Shown here in pieces: positions 60,829 to 64,000 of a DNA stretch of 64,000 nucleotides. A program made the translations under genes and the position numbers. The first letter of the stretch is position 1. Each line of letters opens with the position of its first letter. The stretch lies in contig OZ250153.1 of NCBI GenBank assembly GCA_965237805.1, positions 224,001 through 288,000 on the forward strand. The letters are read 5' to 3'. The stretch comes from Gammaproteobacteria bacterium. GTDB lineage: Bacteria; Pseudomonadota; Gammaproteobacteria; JABABF01. A model generated the notes under the pieces. That model made no database searches and was not told the origin of the DNA. It saw only the letters and a program-made list of their open reading frames with translations.

Positions 60829-63354
60829 GTGATGCTGCGCACGCTGACTCGGAGCTTGTTGCAGGGCTACGATGCCCTGACGCTAAGGCGACCGCGGTGG
60901 ACTCTGGTACTGCTGGCACTGGCGCTGGTGCTGTCAGTGTTGCGCTTTGGCGAGCTGTACATCGACACTTCCAGCGACAGCTTGGCGCTGGAGAACGACG
61001 AGGCGGTTCACTTCTTCCAAGCGCTACAGAGCCGCTACCCGTCGGGCGGCGATGAGCTCTATGTCAGCTACCGCCCACTTGCGGGTGGCTTGCTGGAGCA
61101 GCAAAACCTCGACGGCTTGGCCGCGCTGGCGACGGAGTTGCGCGCCTTGCCCGGGATCGCATCGGTACTGAACCTGCTCGATGTGCCGCTGTTGTTCAGC
61201 CCGCCGCGCTCGGTGGGCGATCTCCTCTCCGGACGCCTGAAGACGTTGCGCGACGCCGACACCGATTTGGCCTTGGCGAGCGACGAGCTGCGCGACAGCC
61301 CGCTCTACAGCGAACTGCTCAGCGACCGGCAGCTGAGTGTCGCCATGATGCTGGTGCAGCTGGTCCCCGACACCACACTCGAGGCGCTGAGCACAGAGCA
61401 CAGCCAACTGGCCGATGCCACCGGAGCAGGCAAGCAACGCACCCAAGCTGCGCTGAACCGTGAGCGCCGCCAGCTGCAGCGCGCAGCAGACCAGCGGCGC
61501 TCGCAGCAGGTAAGCGATGTGCGTGCCACGCTTGAGCGGCACCGAAACCGCGCCGAGATCTTCCTCGGCGGCGTGCCGATGATCACCGCCGACATGGTCA
61601 GTTTCGTCGAGAGCGACTTGCGGGTCTTCGGCACTGTGATCGCACTGTTGATCCTGATCCTGCTGGGGCTGATTTTCCGCCACCCGTTCTGGGTGCTGTT
61701 GCCACTGCTGAACTGCACTGCCACCGTGCTGTCGGCGGTCGGGCTGTTCGCCTGGATAGGCTGGCCCCTCAGCGTTGTCTCAGCCAATTTCATCGCCCTG
61801 CTGCTGATCCTGACGCTGTCGCTAACGATGCACCTATTGGTACGCTACCGCGAGCTGTTGGTGCGAGCACCCGATATCCACCGCATCGAGCGTGTGCGGC
61901 AGCTGGTGCGCTTCATGTCGCGCCCCTGCCTGTGCATGACACTGACGACAGTGGCCTCCTTCTGTTCACTGGCCTTCAGCAATGTGCGTCCGGTGATTGA
62001 TTTTGGCTGGATGATGGCCAGCGGCTCAGCGCTGGCCTTCCTGTGGTCTTTCTCCCTACTGCCCGCCCTGCTGGTGCTGTTTTCGGCACCACAGCCGCCA
62101 GCCTCAGCTGCCGACCCCGGTACCGCCAATACCCGACACTTCGCCATGGCGGTCGAGCGTCACGGCAAGGCGATCGCCGTGCTCACCCTCGCCGGATTGG
62201 CCTTTGGACTCAGCGGCCTGCCACGTATCAGCGTTGAAAATCGCTTCATCGACTACTTCAAGCCACACACCGAAATCCATCGCGGCATGGCGTTGATCGA
62301 CAGCCAGCTGGGCGGCACCATCCCGCTGGAGCTGTTGCTACAACTGCCCGAGGCCCCAGCCATCGTGCGCGACGCGGAGAGCGACGGGGAAGCGCTGGAC
62401 GACTTCGACGACTTCGGCGACTTCGACACCGGGGCTGAGAGCGGTGGGGCAAGTGAAGACGAGGGCTGGTTTAGCAGCGTGGGCTTGGCGCGCTTAGAGC
62501 GCGTGCACGACATGCTCAATGCCTATCCGGAGACCGGCAAGGTGCTCTCGCTGGCCACCATCTTCAAACTGAGCCGCAAAGTGTTGGGACACACGCCGAG
62601 TGCGTTGGAGCTGGAGCTGGTGCGACGTGAGCTGCCAGAGGAGCTGCGCGACTTGCTGCTGCGTCCTTATCTGTCGGCGGACGGGCGCGAGGCGCGCATC
62701 GTCATCCGCGTGCGCGAGGCGCGCCGGGAGCTGCGCCGCGATGCATTCCTGCAACAGGTGGCGGGGGACATGCAGGAGCAACAGGGTTTTAAGCCGGGGC
62801 AAGTGCACTTATCCGGCCTCTTGGTGTTGTACAACAAGCTCCTGCAAAGCCTCTATCAATCGCAGTTGAAGACGCTGGGGGCGGTGCTCGCCGCCATCCT
62901 AGTGATGTTTTTGGTGCTGTTCCGCTCACTGTCGCTGTCACTGCTGGGGCTGGCTCCCAACTTGGTGGCGACGCTGGTGGTACTCGGCGGCATGGGCTGG
63001 TTCGGCTTGCCATTAGATCTGATGAATGTGACGATGGCGGCCATCGTGCTCGGCATCGGCGTCGACAACACCATCCACTACATCTGGCGCTTCAGGGTGG
63101 AATTTGCCCATGACCACGACTACAGCGCCGCCATCCGGCGCAGCCACGGCAGCATCGGCCGCGCCATGTACTACACCTCGACCACCATCATCATCGGCTT
63201 TGCAGTCTTGGGGTTGTCGAACTTCCTCCCCAGCGTCTGGTTCGGCGTGCTGACGGCGCTGGCGATGCTGCTCGCCCTGCTCGGCGCACTGCTGTTGCTA
63301 CCGCTATTGCTACGCACCCTGCGCCCGCTGGGCGCGGACGCAGGGAGTCGGTGA
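60829..63354 (+). CDS. MMPL/RND-family membrane transporter
   Basis: Two TM clusters with large loops, GGVPMI.ADM, GIGVDNTIH. Confidence 0.9.
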   Translation: MMLRTLTRSLLQGYDALTLRRPRWTLVLLALALVLSVLRFGELYIDTSSDSLALENDEAVHFFQALQSRYPSGGDELYVSYRPLAGGLLEQQNLDGLAALATELRALPGIASVLNLLDVPLLFSPPRSVGDLLSGRLKTLRDADTDLALASDELRDSPLYSELLSDRQLSVAMMLVQLVPDTTLEALSTEHSQLADATGAGKQRTQAALNRERRQLQRAADQRRSQQVSDVRATLERHRNRAEIFLGGVPMITADMVSFVESDLRVFGTVIALLILILLGLIFRHPFWVLLPLLNCTATVLSAVGLFAWIGWPLSVVSANFIALLLILTLSLTMHLLVRYRELLVRAPDIHRIERVRQLVRFMSRPCLCMTLTTVASFCSLAFSNVRPVIDFGWMMASGSALAFLWSFSLLPALLVLFSAPQPPASAADPGTANTRHFAMAVERHGKAIAVLTLAGLAFGLSGLPRISVENRFIDYFKPHTEIHRGMALIDSQLGGTIPLELLLQLPEAPAIVRDAESDGEALDDFDDFGDFDTGAESGGASEDEGWFSSVGLARLERVHDMLNAYPETGKVLSLATIFKLSRKVLGHTPSALELELVRRELPEELRDLLLRPYLSADGREARIVIRVREARRELRRDAFLQQVAGDMQEQQGFKPGQVHLSGLLVLYNKLLQSLYQSQLKTLGAVLAAILVMFLVLFRSLSLSLLGLAPNLVATLVVLGGMGWFGLPLDLMNVTMAAIVLGIGVDNTIHYIWRFRVEFAHDHDYSAAIRRSHGSIGRAMYYTSTTIIIGFAVLGLSNFLPSVWFGVLTALAMLLALLGALLLLPLLLRTLRPLGADAGSR

Positions 63355-63989
63355 GCGCGGCAGCAACGGCACCCGGAGCAGAGCGCATGGCGCTGTTCCC
63401 CTTGGGTGCTGTGCTGATGCCCCACGCACGCCTGCGCCTGCGGCTGTTCGAGCCGCGCTATCTGCGTTTGGTGCGAGATTGCCTGCGCGAGCAGAAGCTG
63501 TTCGGCGTGGTGCGCATCCGCCGCGGCTCGGAGACGCTGCGCGAGCCGCACGACCGCCTGCGGCCACCCGATTTGGAGGCGCTCGGCGTCACCGCGCAGA
63601 TCGTCGACTGGGACGCGGTGCCCGGTGCCGAGGGGCAGCTGCAGATCGTGGTCGAGGGGGGACTGAAATTCCACCACAACGGGGCGCACTTTGCGCGCAA
63701 CATGATTGTCACGGCAGCTGCCGACTACCTGCCCGCCGAGCAGCAGGGTGCCGAGCACAGCGAATTGGCGCAGTTACGGGCACTGCTTAGCTCGCTGCCA
63801 AAACCGCGCTTGGCAACGCCGGCGACGGACAGCCCGCAGCCCGTGCCAGCACTACAATTGGGCTACCAGCTGGCACAATACCTGCCGTTGCCCGAAGCGG
63901 AGCGCTACCGACTGCTCGAGCTGGACTGCACGGCGGCGCGGCTGGCCGCCATCAAGCGGCTACTGCTCGATGCTGGTGCCATCAGCTGA
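63351..63989 (+). CDS. LON peptidase substrate-binding (N-terminal) domain protein
   Basis: LFPLGAVLMP...LRLFEPRY..LVRDCL...FGVV. Confidence 0.88.
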   Translation: MSAAATAPGAERMALFPLGAVLMPHARLRLRLFEPRYLRLVRDCLREQKLFGVVRIRRGSETLREPHDRLRPPDLEALGVTAQIVDWDAVPGAEGQLQIVVEGGLKFHHNGAHFARNMIVTAAADYLPAEQQGAEHSELAQLRALLSSLPKPRLATPATDSPQPVPALQLGYQLAQYLPLPEAERYRLLELDCTAARLAAIKRLLLDAGAIS

Positions 63990-64000
63990 GCCCGGTCGCA

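Overview
A GC-rich gammaproteobacterial chromosome segment (gene content resembles Pseudomonadales/Cellvibrionales: FabY-type synthase, OprO/P porin, SMC), mostly encoded on the minus strand. Housekeeping blocks: sdhCDAB-sucAB-lpdA-sucCD-gpsA, leuA with a candidate Leu-rich leader peptide/attenuator, pssA-msrPQ, smc-ligA, msrB/alaA, tusA-pdxB, dksA, pfp-hppA, mpl-MMPL-LonN. The most unusual content is at 34.5-54.7 kb: two paralogous giant surface-protein genes (~1885 and 2332 aa), each downstream of a smaller Ig-like partner gene. Both giants carry an internal GlyGly-CTERM-like transmembrane segment, then a second signal-peptide-like segment, a small OMP beta-barrel and a SPOR domain. They differ in short hypervariable patches and by one extra ~460-aa module. 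Also present: a 274-bp hairpin-rich tandem duplication, several frameshifted or decayed genes, and apparent depletion of CCWGG. No rRNA, tRNA, CRISPR array, transposase or integrase was recognised. All calls come from motif recognition by eye; no searches were run.
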